NCBI RefSeq assembly: GCF_036321535.1
Contig: NC_087437.1
Location: 81,222,001 to 81,286,000 of the forward strand
Length of the DNA: 64,000 nt
Source of the DNA: Camelus dromedarius
Taxonomy: Eukaryota
Reading direction: 5' to 3'
How positions within the stretch are numbered: position 1 is the stretch's first letter; every line of letters starts with the position of its first letter. Of the stretch, positions 37,584 through 49,538 are shown in pieces. Position numbers and translations under genes: made by a program. The notes beneath the pieces are model-generated. The model saw only the letters and a program-made list of their open reading frames with translations, searched no databases and had not been told where the DNA came from.

Positions 37584-38902
37584 GTAAATGTGTGATTCCT
37601 TGGTTTAAGGGTGAGCCCTAGTAGCCTGTCCCAGTGAGAACCCAAAGCAGTGCCAAGCTCTTATTCTCTCTAAGCGTGACGTCATGCGGTGGCATCAGTG
37701 ATGTCTCCTCTACCCAGGTGTCTGGGAGAATATGACTGGATGAGATACAGTTGGTACCAGAATACCTTATTCTTTCCATGTGAGAGTCTTCTTTGATATA
37801 CATTTAGTATATTTCTTACTGTCGAATTCCACTTGCATCTTAAAGGTAAAACTTCTTTAGCAGAGCCTGTAGATTCAGTTCAAGTGAATAAACAAATTGT
37901 AAGTCCCTTGCATATTCCTGGACCAATATTGGCATCTGTGGGTGATGTGCTAGCTGTAGGAGACTTACTTTAGTTCTAAAACAGTAACGTTGAGAATATG
38001 TTTGCACGATATGAAGGGAAAGATCAAAGTGGACTGGACTTGGACCTTGGACTTGGGGCCCACTACAGAATTTGAATGAGTGGAGGGAAACGTGGACCAG
38101 GGCAGGACAGGACATGTGGTGGTTAGGGGCTGGGGCGGGGGGTGCCCAGAACAGACTGTCCTACTTCAGGTGGTCAAAACATGGCCGTTGATGATGCTGC
38201 ATTGGGATGGGTCCATTTGATCAGTTGAAAGAGGATTTTGAGGACCTGATTCAGGAATTTAGGTTTGACACAGAGACAGCAACTGTCTTTGATTTCCACT
38301 TTTTCTGGTCTTAGGCCAGAGAGGTGCTCTACTGAGTTTTACAGCCTGAGTAACCATCTTTATCCTGCTCTTTTATGTGCCTTGGTTTGGGCAGAGGTCT
38401 CAGACTCTTTCCATAGATGAATTCTTGGCAAGATCAGCAGAGTCTACTTCAACCAGTAATTCTTACGTCTGTTTCAAACTTACACTGTCTGTTGTGCCCA
38501 TGTTTACTTGAAAACAGTAAGTGCTCATTTTCAGCTTCTACAGGAGTACTGGTTGATCAGATTATTTTAAAGAGAGTTTCTTTTCTCACTGTTAGGTAAA
38601 TGCCTAAAAATATTTTCCAGGATAGAGTTTTCCATATTAATTATAATCCATTAGCTAAAAACTAGGAGAATTTTATGTTTAAGATCCTCGAGATAGTTCC
38701 AAGGCTAAGCCTAAGACTGACCATGACTATAGTTTGGCCAAATCTTCAAAGAACAGTCATCTACTCTTTCTCTCAATTATTTTTTGTTTCTTTGTTTCTG
38801 TAGAAAGGATGATACACAAGCAAGTTTTGTTGGGATGTGAATGTTTTAAGTTTTCATGTATTTTTAAATCTCTTTGATTTACTGTTATTATTTTTTGGTC
38901 AG

Positions 38903-38959
38903 TTCCCACAGACCTTGAACCTGTCACTCTTAGACCAGAGGCCCCAGGAACAGCATTAG
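38903..38959 (+). CDS. ABI3BP: ABI3BP exon, 57 bp, (V)PTDLEPVTLRPEAPGTAL
   Basis: ttttggtcag acceptor, TAG|gtaatg donor; one codon shorter than the 60-bp family. Confidence 0.87.
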   Translation, partial: FPQTLNLSLLDQRPQEQH

Positions 38960-39898
38960 GTAATGACACTGTGTTTTCAACAAGCTTTATCCTGCTTATT
39001 GTCAGACCCAGGGTTTCATCTTGCTTCGTGTGACAGTGCTTTTATTGTTTGTGGTCGTTCATCTATTTTCCTCTTAAAATTATGAAAACTCATAAGTTAC
39101 CAGCTGTTTTTCATAGAACAAGTCCTGCAGGAACTTACTTCAGGATTCTTATTTGCCATGTAGCCTATTTGAAATAGTGCCATTCTGTGTTTCATTGCAG
39201 CAGTGTTTTTGGTAAAACTGGTTTTCAAACTTATCACAGATCTACTTCTTATCTAGACAGATAAAGCCATTAATAGCTCTCATAAGGCCAAGAGGATCCA
39301 TTCACTGCCCATCTATGTTTCTACCTTTTCCCTACTTGCATAGTATTTTGTTGTTTTGTTTCTATTTCGGTAATAATATGTTCTTATTTTACTAGTTAAT
39401 ATGGAACAGGTACCAAAGATTGAAAGATTAAATTATGAATCTCAGATTTAGTGAGACCTTCCTTCATTATCCATTCAAATTGAGCACCAGTTCTTAACCT
39501 TTTTGTTGCCCAATCAGGCTCCTCTGTGAGACTTTATCATTCCTAATCTTTATTTCTTAAATTAAAAGGTGATTTTTGTCTTCAAAAAATATTTTATGAT
39601 AAAAGATGATATAAAAGGAGCTCAGTCTCTTTCCAAAGGTAAGTTCTTAGCAATAACCACACATCCCACTTGGGCTTATTAATTAAAATCAAATAATCAA
39701 AGATGGAGGAATAAGAAAATAGATACCTGACTTAGGTATGGCCAAATTTTAGGAAATCAACTGTTTACTTTTCTAGTTTAACTGTTTTTAAAAGTTGCTA
39801 TGTAGTACTAGAAACTTGAGATTCTTTTTGAAGTAAATGTTTTGAGTTTTCTTTTATTTAAAACAATCACTTGGCTTATTTGTAATACTTTTGGTCAG

Positions 39899-39958
39899 TT
39901 CCCACTGCAGACTTCGAACCTGTTACGTTCAGAACTGAGGCTTGGGTGACAACAAAAG
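39899..39958 (+). CDS. ABI3BP: ABI3BP exon, 60 bp, (V)PTADFEPVTFRTEAWVTTK
   Basis: ttttggtcag acceptor, AAG|gtaata donor. Confidence 0.88.
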
Positions 39959-40741
39959 GTAATAACACATTCTGATCCTCAGTAAGTGCTTTTCCTTCTC
40001 ATTGTCAGGTTCATTCCATCAACATCATAGCTACAAATTCTTTTGCTTCATAAGCTCCGTTATATTGTCACTCCGTTATATTCTTCATCTTAAAAACACT
40101 GAAGACTCTGACTCTTAAAATAAGGCATCCCTTGTTTTTAAGAGAACCACGCATGAACCTAACTCAGGTCAACTGTTGTACATGTAACCATCTGAAATTG
40201 CTTTCATCATCTTATGTGTTTCTTAACCAATGTTTTGTTAAAGCTGGATTTCTAAAGCAGTTCTCTTGACTCTAATAACTGTTATGTTGTCAGGGGGGTT
40301 CTTTGTGGATCTAAAGGTCTACTGTTTTGTTTTTTTTTTTTTAACTATCTGGTATTTGTTCTTTAACTGACATTTTAGTTAATTACATGGTCTGATTTTA
40401 GTAAACTGTCAAAGAGTTTGTACCTGGCTATCACCACTGCCAAAATATATTAGAAGTGATTCTTATCTTTTTTATTCAAAGAAGAGTTCTACGAATGATT
40501 CTTCACTTCTTGAATAAGTAACTTACTTTTATATATGACTCACTCCCAATGAACTTTCAATTGTAAATATATATATATACTATTATAATAAGGGTGAAAG
40601 CTTTAAATTAAAAAGTCTATAAGCCACATTTCCTAAAATAGGAGGAAATGTAGTAAGTTATATTATTTAGAGCCACGTGTCATGCTACCCATAGATTCTG
40701 AACTACAGACTCCATAGTAACTGAAGGTTTTCTCTCTTCAG

Positions 40742-40825
40742 CTTCTAAAACATCAAAACGGACCCGTCGTCCACGTCCTAAACCTAAAACCACACCAACT
40801 CCTGAGGCACCTCAAGCCAAGCTGG
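40742..40825 (+). CDS. ABI3BP: ABI3BP exon, 84 bp basic, (A)SKTSKRTRRPRPKPKTTPTPEAPQAKL
   Basis: tctctcttcag acceptor, G|gtaaat donor. Confidence 0.9.
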
Positions 40826-41856
40826 GTAAATGTGGGTTTCTTGTTAAAGGAGTGAGTCCTTGCAGCTCTTGGGAGTCTGGGGTTGATGCTGGTAGTGAGA
40901 GTGATAGCCCAGGCGAGCTGTCTATGGGGAGACTCACAAAGTGATCTGCTGCTGCCTCCCACAGTGAGGTCGCAAAGGAGAACATGATGGTGGAGGCTTG
41001 TGTGGCAGCTGAATACCTTGTGCTTTATCCTTAAGGACTTACTCTCTTACTGTGTGTTTTTTTTACTTTTTCTTATTTCATTCCATTCTTAAAGACAGAG
41101 TGTCTTAAATGGAACCAAGTGTTTTTGTTTCAAGAAACAAAGATGAAGTGCCTTCCATCATCCCACAGCCCATCGACAGCTGTGACAATATCACAGAAGT
41201 AGGCAGCTTGTGTTTACTTCTCAGTCTGTAGTATCGTCAGATTCAGAACCCGCCCCGATGTGAAATGTTAAAAGACTGAACCAAGGCAGTATGTCTGCAC
41301 AAATTGAGCTGTGTTTTGCAGGGGTTGTAAGCATCTCTGAGCTTAAAGAGAGGAAAGTTTGTGAAGGATGGGAATAAAGAGTTGGAAAGTAGTTGAGTCT
41401 TAAAATCATGGAGAAGAACAGAGAAAGAAAGAGAGGAGATAGAGAGACCAACCAGAGATGACAGGCTTCTGGCACAAGGGAGGTTCTGCTTCTAAGTGAT
41501 GATGGTAGTACTGAGTTTGGAAGGGTCCATTAGAGCAGCTGAGGAAAGTCCTTGAAGGTATGACTCAGAAGTCTGGACCTGACCCTAGAAGCATCAGTGG
41601 TCTCTCCTGTGACAGTCTCTCCCACCTATACAGGGTGCCCATTTTTATGATTAGAGCAGAGAGTTGCTCTACAGGGCTCCATACACTAGATGTTCCTTAT
41701 CCTGATTTGCTGAGTAACTTTGCCTCAAACAAGGTCTCAGCCTGTTTCCAAGTATGAATTCTCAACAAGCTCTACCAGGTTCACTTTGCTTAATTCTTTT
41801 CTATGCCTCCTTTCAAACATAAAAGCTATTTTATCTAGGCTTCTCTAGACATGCCA

Positions 41857-42052
41857 TTTTTTTTCTTCCAGTTTTATTGATATCTAATTGGCATACAGCA
41901 CTTAGAAGTTTAAGGTATACAGCATAATGATTTGACTTACATACGTCATGAAATGATTACCACAATAACTTTACTTAGTTTGATCCATCATCTCATATAG
42001 ATGCAAAATTAAAGGAATAGAAAAAATATATCTTTTTCTTGTGATGAAAACT
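41857..42052 (-). mobile_element. Older L1 (L1MA-like) 3'-end fragment
   Basis: ttttattgatatctaattggcatacagc...tttaaggtatacagcataatgatttga antisense L1 3' UTR pattern. Confidence 0.7.
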
Positions 42053-42420
42053 AAACGTGCTTTTATCTTAAAACTTCTACAGAAAAGCCAGCAATTGCCA
42101 GAATAGTTACATGAATATATTTGGTGAGATGTTTAAACAAGTTTCCTAGGTCAGTTTTCTACAGTGATTGGAATTAGGTGCTTAGACACCTAGGAGAATG
42201 TCGTGTTGATTCTATTGAGATATTTACCAGATTGTGTAGGCTATGAAACTGTCTCATAAAAGAACATTTATCTAGCTTTAGGTGAACAAATCTTTAAATA
42301 AGAAGTATGTAATTTCAGAAAAAAATTTCAGATTGTTATATACCTATTGAAGCAATATTTTACTGGTGAGATTTAATTTGCTGACTTTTCACAAGTGTTT
42401 ATTTTATTGCTTTTGACTGG

Positions 42421-42477
42421 TTCCTACTAAAGATCTTGAACCTGGTACTCCTAGAACTGAAGCTCCAGAAATCTTCG
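42421..42477 (+). pseudogene. Inactivated acidic-type exon, reads PTKDLEPGTPRTEAPEIF
   Basis: Acceptor position reads tgg; the exon end and gtaatg donor are absent and the sequence runs straight into the intron motif agtgcttttcctgctcattg. Confidence 0.78.
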
Positions 42478-43387
42478 AATAGTGCTTTTCCTGCTCATTG
42501 TCATACCATTGTAGCCACAAGTTCTCCTGCATCTTGCAACTATGCTAAGCTCTGTGTCAAGTTATCTGTTGAACTTAAGAGAACTGGGTATATACTAATT
42601 TCAGGATGTCCAACTGCCAGGAAACTGCTCAACATTGTGTCATGTGATCATGTACATTTGTTAGAACAACACTGGCTATTTTAAGCTTCCTTTCAAACGT
42701 GAACTTCCATCTATCCCTTATTTTGATCACTTGCTTTTTCCTCATCAATTGTGATAATACCATGTTTCTTTGATCATGTTACTTTTTATCAGATTAGGAT
42801 CTATGTGATTATTTTTGTGGATCTGTTGTTTCAGGGAATGATGTTTTTAGTTAATGGTCAAATATTTAAGTGTGCCTAAGTCTTGAACACTTAAATGATG
42901 GGTTTTCACGAGAGAGTAGGCTGACTCTTTCTCCTTCTCTAACAGGGCTTGACAGAGTTTCTTTATGTTTATCGAATCAGGGACCACTTTGAAGTTTTGA
43001 TGACCACACTCTATTCGTCACATTGCTCCTTATCCGTCCAAACATATGAACTCATTATTATACACATGAGTATTGAAATAGTAGACAAAATAGTGGACAT
43101 TTATCTCAACTTGCTTAGAAGCATAGTAGACTGATAAATGCATTTTCTAGTAGAGTTAGGAAAGTATATATTATATAAATGTATAAAAGACTTGTCCATC
43201 AGAATCTTTATACTAGCAAGAGTCAGCTAATCAAACATCTACAATTCTTGCTGACCACAGTGGTACTGAGCAAGGTGCAATGCTATGTCTATTTATGAGA
43301 TTAATGGATAGTAGCCACAATTTGGTCAAATTTGCAAAGAGCAAGTGTGTGTCTCTTTTCTCTCAGTTCTGAAGCTTAAAAATTGAC

Positions 43388-43604
43388 TTTATTGAAGTAT
43401 AGTCAGTTTACAATATGTCGTTTTCTGGTGTACAGCATAATATTTTGGTCATACAAATACATACATATATTCATTTTCATATTCTTTTTCATTATAGGTT
43501 ACTATAAGATATTGAATGTAGTTCCCTGTGCTATACAGTAGAACTATTGCATCTTTTATATATAGTAGTTTATCTATTTTATATATAGTAGTTAGTATCT
43601 GCAA
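43388..43604 (-). mobile_element. L1 3'-end fragment
   Basis: tttattgaagtatagtcagtttacaat...gttccctgtgctatacagtag, same family as 2148-2463. Confidence 0.8.
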
Positions 43605-43659
43605 TTAGTCTTCAAATGAGTTTTTAAAATCTCTCATTTACTTTATTATTTTTGACCAG

Positions 43660-43719
43660 TTTTCTCTACAGTCCTTGAACCTGTCACTCTTAGAACCAAG
43701 GCTCCAGAAACAACATTAG
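43660..43719 (+). CDS. ABI3BP: ABI3BP exon, 60 bp, (V)FSTVLEPVTLRTKAPETTL; internal acceptor would give 43672-43719
   Basis: tttgaccag acceptor, TAG|gtaatg donor. Confidence 0.88.
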   Translation, partial: FSLQSLNLSLLEPRLQKQH

Positions 43720-44344
43720 GTAATGATATTCTATGTTCCTCAACACTTTTTCTCCTGCTCATTGTCAACCCATTCCATCATCATCATAATCACATTATCA
43801 CCAGCTTCATAAGACGGTCTGATCATCCTTTGCTGTTCTTCAACTTTATTTTTCTTTTTATTAAGAGTATTGAAGATTCTAAAAAGAAGCTACCTGTTGG
43901 TTTTAAAAGGAAAGCATGGACAGAATATCTGTCTACCATGTAATTTGATTTGAATTTGTGTCACATACTTTTGCCTAAACTGTGATCACATTTAAAGCTG
44001 AATTTAAAACAAATTGGTAATGTCTTTGTACTCTCTACTAAATCGTAACAATTTCTTTGGTACCATGGATTTTTTTACATATTTAAATTTGTTAGTGTGA
44101 ACCACCTACGATTTGATTATAGTCCTTACCTTTCTTAAAGTTACAGATTTACAAGATTCTTTTATGTGTGAGTTTTACCTCTCAAGAATCTTCAGTGATA
44201 AAAGAATTAACAAAATAGGATAAAGTATTTGAATCTTAAAAATATATGCCTTAAATTTCAAGAAAATGTAACATAGTTTAGATAATCTAGAATGTTATTT
44301 CCAAAACCACCTTCACTAGAGTAATCCAGCATTTCTTCCTTCAG

Positions 44345-44425
44345 CTTCTAAAACATCACGAGTTCGCCGTCCACGTCCCAGACCTAAAACCACACCAAGC
44401 CCTGAAGCACCTCAGACCAAACTGG
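44345..44425 (+). CDS. ABI3BP: ABI3BP exon, 81 bp basic, (A)SKTSRVRRPRPRPKTTPSPEAPQTKL
   Basis: tttcttccttcag acceptor, G|gtaaat donor. Confidence 0.9.
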
Positions 44426-45022
44426 GTAAATGTGGTATTCCATGGTTTGAGGGATGAGCCCTAGCAGTCTGTCCCAGTGATGTCCCAGAGCAATGCCTCT
44501 GATGGGCAGTAATATCCTTCATGTTCCCTAAGAGTCAAGGCATTGAGGTATGGTTAGCAGTTGCTTCCTGGATGAGGTTCTTGGTGTCTCTTATTTATAG
44601 CAAGATTGGCATAATCACTTCTGGTTATTTATGGCTATATCTACATCTAAATGTATGTGATCTATTTATTATAGCCAAGAGTACATAAACATAGTAATTT
44701 TTTTCCGCTTCCCAGAAATGCAACATTACTTTCATATTTTTTTTCCTGTATATCGCCTGAACAAACCCAGCTTTCATATTAGAACCAGAAAATCAAACAC
44801 CCTTCCTAGGAAAGCCTCATGTTGATGATACTAAGATTCATAGCAGAGTTCGAAGGTTGTGCTTACCTTCTGCAAGGAATTGTTTCTAGCTACAGAGACA
44901 GCTTTCTGTGAATTCAAAAGTTTAAAAAAATTGCTTGTCATTTGAGCTAACATTTTGAAAGAAAAGTTAAAGACTTTCTATGAGTGTTTAAACTTTCCTG
45001 TGTTCATGTTGTTTTTGGATAG

Positions 45023-45082
45023 TTCCTGCTACAAGCTTTGAACCTGTTGTTCATAGTTCTGAAGCTCCAGAAACAACATTAG
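45023..45082 (+). CDS. ABI3BP: ABI3BP exon, 60 bp, (V)PATSFEPVVHSSEAPETTL
   Basis: tttttggatag acceptor, TAG|gtaatg donor. Confidence 0.88.
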   Translation, partial: FLLQALNLLFIVLKLQKQH

Positions 45083-46797
45083 GTAATGATTTTTGTGACC
45101 TCATTAAATGCTTTTCCACTTGCTAAAAAGCCACTTCATCACTGTCGTGGCCAGAGTGGCTCCTGCTTCCTTAGGCTGCTGTTGTAATTCTGTTTCGTAC
45201 TTCGTCTTATAAGTAGTCAGGAGTCTTAATTCAAGTGCTACCTGTTGTTTTTAACAGATGTCCCTGGATTCAGCTGAGGAGATCTATCTTCCATGAAACC
45301 CCCTTTAACATTTTATTATGTGATTCAGTGAAAAGTCTGAAGCCCAGACTGTTCCACTAAATAGTTGGTATTTAGACCTGTAAAATGATAATTAAGTACA
45401 ATGAAATTTCTCTGAGCAACTTACTTTCTATCAGATTTTTGTGATATTCTCATTATTCTCTTCCTATTTTGAAGAATGAAGTTTCCTTGTTAAATTTAAT
45501 TATCAAAAAAAAAAGTTGCTTCCTGAAAGTATCAATTCTAGTGAATAGAAGTTAAAGGCTTCCTCATCATCAATGCATGTGGCTTTTACTTACAGTTCAG
45601 CATTGGTTCTGAACTTGTACTAAGCAGGAATCTCTCTGAGTATCTAATTACACATATTAATATCTATATCTTTAACAAATGTTGGTATTATTTTGGTCTA
45701 AAAGATCCTCAGTGATAAGGAACAAATTAGCTTGTTAAAATAAAATTTTTCAAACTTTGACAATAAACTCAAGAAAATCTAATATTTTAGAAAACATTGG
45801 TCCCTGTACTTTGCTGTTGATGGTTTCTAAACCTACAAATACAATAGCAGCTCAAGATTTTCTTCTTTTAATTTTGAAACGTGGGGGAAAATATCCTTCT
45901 GCCAAGCTTTAAATTTCTCAAAGCTTCAGAGTTGAAACCAGGAAAATCTAATGATTTTGGTTTAAACAGTCCTTCCAGCCCATTGCAGATGTGTCCCAAA
46001 AGTAACAGTGTTGTGGCTTGCTAACTGGCACCTCCCACCTCCATGCCCTCTAAGAGAGAAGGTGCATAGAGTGGTTAGCACCTCTACACTTGCTTATTGA
46101 CCAGAAGGTTCACGCTTGGAGGAAATCTCTAAGGTAGTCAAATGCATAAGGATTTTCTCTGACAAAAGATGTATCCTATTCAGTTCTCTGATCACTCTAT
46201 TCCATGCAAATCTTTTTAAAATAGCACTCTTTCTTTGGCTTAGGTAAACAGACATTTTCTTGCCCTCTGTGGTCCCAGCACCATATTAGCAGTTGAGTGG
46301 CATGGGGTGTGGAACAGAGGTGGAGATCAAAAGTAAGGGCATGTTTTACCTCTTGAACAAAGTGCAATATAATTGTGAAGAAAACCAGTTCTTGAGTTTT
46401 TCTTAGCTATAAGACAATTTGCTTATACAAAAGCAGCTTGTTTGGTTAAAAAATAGAGAAAATATTTGAAGGAGTCAAGGATCTATGTGGGCTGAGAGAG
46501 AATAGTTGGGCTTTGAAATAACTAGGATTAGAATTAGTGGATAGAATGGTGAGAACAGCAAAATAAAACCAAAAAATTTAACACCTACTGAGGATACCCA
46601 ATGGGGTGGTCAAATTGGAACACAGAACAGAACACTACCAGATGATATGGAACATTTTGTTAATGTTACTGTCATGAAATCAGCTGTAGGAAACTCTTAG
46701 AAAGCCCTTGTGAGAATTTAGATTCAGATAACAGTAGTCACTGAGAACCTAATTTTTTCAAATAGGCTCTTGTTTTTTCTAGAAGGATGGTGAAAAT

Positions 46798-47141
46798 CAG
46801 GGATCAGCAAATCAGTAAATTTTTTAATATGAAGAGTTAGATAGTGAATATTTTAGACTTTGCAGATCATTCAGTTTCTGTCACAACTACTCAGTTCTGC
46901 TATTGGAGCTTGAAGATAACCAAAGCCAGGATATAAGTGATAAGTAAATATGCCTTGAATCATCTTAGTTGGTAGGTGTGGTTCTGTTGCAGTAAAAATT
47001 TATTTGCATTTCATACCAGTCTTACATGTCACAGAATATCACTGTTAACTTTTTTCTAGCATTTAAAAATGTAAAAACCATTCTTGCTCACAGGCCAGGA
47101 AGAGGGCTGGATTGGAGAGGGTCAAAATTTGCCAATCTCTG
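46798..47141. mobile_element. MER58B-like hAT-Charlie element
   Basis: cagggatcagcaaa and tttgccaatctctg termini; tctgtcacaactactcagttctgc core. Confidence 0.7.
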
Positions 47142-47275
47142 TTTTAAATAACTCATATTCTGCATGTCTCTCCATACCCTGCAATTTCGAAGACCTACAT
47201 GTTGCTACCTTTGTCTAAATCCTGTGAAATAAATTATCCATAATTACTTTGACAACTTACACCCTCTTCTTTCAG

Positions 47276-47350
47276 CTCCCACTGAACTGCAAACTCTTAT
47301 CTTGAAACCAGTGACATCACCAAGCCTAGAAATTACACAAAGTCAACCCG
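47276..47350 (+). CDS. ABI3BP: ABI3BP exon, 75 bp, (A)PTELQTLILKPVTSPSLEITQSQP
   Basis: ctcttctttcag acceptor, G|gtaaat donor. Confidence 0.9.
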
Positions 47351-48235
47351 GTAAATAGATCATTAGATGTTTGGGTACACCATGACTTTCAGGGGACACA
47401 CTCCAAGTGTTATATTTCCAAATATTAAAAAATGCAAAAGGAAATACGCATTTAATAACTGTATATTGTACATGTTCTTTCCATGATTGCACATATTGGT
47501 GTTAAATTAGTAGTACATTATATTTATATTAATTGTTTTATTCAACTGCATAGAAGTACTTACCTTCATTTTATTGTGTTTGCTCTGTATCATATTAGAG
47601 AATAATCATGTACCTAATTAAGTAGTCAACAGAGCCACTTAGAAGAATTGATTTTGTTACTCACCTTTATTTTTCACTAAGTTACAAACTTGTGGTTCTC
47701 TAGTAATACGCTAAATTTGTGCTCTGCTATGTGAAAAGAATGCTCACTTGTTAGTGACCACTAAGGAAGGGGAAAGTTCTTAATTCAGTGAAGATAACAA
47801 AACTTCACCTTACACAATATAAGCCTGAACATTATTACCCTTCAAAATTAAAAACAAAGTTTTAAAATGTGGTTGCAACCCTTTGACGTTTACTTTGAAA
47901 CACTGGATCTTATTTTTTTTTTTCTAGTGTAGGATTGTAATTCCTTTTCATCCCCTTTGTGTATTTTTTAATTACCTAAATGGCATTTTGGTGTTTATGT
48001 TGATGGTGTAAGATTGATTATTCATGATAACCTACAACACTTATAAAATTATGAATTCAGTTCAGTTATTAGAGCTTCCTTTAGTGTTAATAATATTATT
48101 GTTATTATGATAATAGGTGACACAGAGCACTTACAAGTCCAAGGCACTTGCCTAAATACTTAGTTTGTATGAACTCATTCAATGCTCACAACAACCCATC
48201 TGTGATCAAATGCACCATTTTGTATTTTTTGCTAG

Positions 48236-48292
48236 TTTCTGAAGTCCTGGGATCGGTTACATTTAGCACTGAGTCATCAAGGGAAGCGATAG
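48236..48292 (+). CDS. ABI3BP: ABI3BP exon, 57 bp, (V)SEVLGSVTFSTESSREAI
   Basis: ttttttgctag acceptor, TAG|gtaatc donor. Confidence 0.87.
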   Translation, partial: FLKSWDRLHLALSHQGKR

Positions 48293-48954
48293 GTAATCGT
48301 GTTCCTCAAGGGGAAGTCAGCTATATGCGCTTTTCCATCTCATTGCAGAAGTCATCTTGGGATGTTCTCATGCTTTGTGACATTTCATAGCTCCTCACGT
48401 CTTGTCTGTGCTCATCCAGTGAATCTTGAGAGTCAAATGTTGTATGCAGCACATCGCGTTTGTGTCTGCTGTATTGCTGTGCAAGTTTCACAGTTTCCTC
48501 TCTTAGTTTCCTCTCACTCTGAACACACAATTTCATTTTTTAATATTCTGATCACTTTTTTAATATGGATATGCATGTCCTAGTTTTCATTTTCACGTTG
48601 TTTTTAGGATTCCTCCTCATTTCAAAGGACTCACCTATGTCTTTTTCTGACTAGAGTTCTTTTTAAAAAAGTATGTAAAGAAGTGAAATTATCTGCTTTG
48701 CTCCAGGTGGAAATTGCTGTAGACCCTGCCCATTATCGTGTGTGTATGGGGGGCAGGGTGTCCCACAGTGCACACTGCCTTCATTTTTGCCCTCTTAAAT
48801 TGTAATCATCTTCATAATCTACCTCAATGTTATTTCTTCTCACAAATGTATCTACTGAAGAAAATTAACCTCTATTCTCACATTAGCCAGTATTCCATTT
48901 CAGAGTGCTGTGGGTTGTCCGTCACTAACCAGCCACTCCCTGCTTCTTCCCTAG

Positions 48955-49029
48955 CACTGACTGGAACAGATTATGTATATCCTGCTGCCAAAGCACCACT
49001 CAGGCCAGAGGAGACAAAGACTGAAGGTG
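48955..49029 (+). CDS. ABI3BP: ABI3BP exon, 72 or 75 bp (ends 49026 or 49029), (A)LTGTDYVYPAAKAPLRPEETKTE[G]
   Basis: cttcttccctag acceptor; tandem donors AAG|gtg|gtaaag, both in frame. Confidence 0.85.
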
Positions 49030-49490
49030 GTAAAGGTCTTCATGCTTTGATTCATTTATTCAAAATAAATGTTTATTAGCACCTGTTGTGTTTCATGGAA
49101 CGTGAAAGTTCAAACTAGGGTATTTGTTCTACAACTGAAAGGCTTTGAAGAGCTATAGCTTCCAAAATTCTTGGATTTAAAAAATAATAGTTGACGCTCT
49201 GAAAACAGAAATAAGTGTCAGTTTCTCTGTGGTATGTAAATAATGAGGCAGAATAACATCGGATGGTCAGTTAGTGACAGTTAAAGCGTAAATATTAATT
49301 GGAGGATTGGGGTTATAGAAAACGATTTCCCTCTTGGTCCTCTTTCTTCTTATCTAAGTCCATTGTCCTGTCTGCGAAAATAGGATGCAAATTCTCAAGA
49401 GAATTAGGTGTGTTGATATTCAGGAAAGACATATTTGACTATAGCTTCATCTTACAGTTTCTTAAATTGTTCTCCTTTGTTTTGATGCAG

Positions 49491-49538
49491 CTGTGGAATC
49501 TATTACATATGTGTCTGAACCGCCCGAGACCATGCTAG
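49491..49538 (+). CDS. ABI3BP: ABI3BP exon, 48 bp, (A)VESITYVSEPPETML
   Basis: tttgatgcag acceptor, TAG|gtaatg donor. Confidence 0.9.
   Translation: MWNLLHMCLNRPRPC

Noticed and set aside
20402..44372. Furin-like R-X-R-R motifs (RPRR, RTRR, RVRR) in basic exons
   Set aside because: Each is followed by Pro at P1', which generally prevents cleavage
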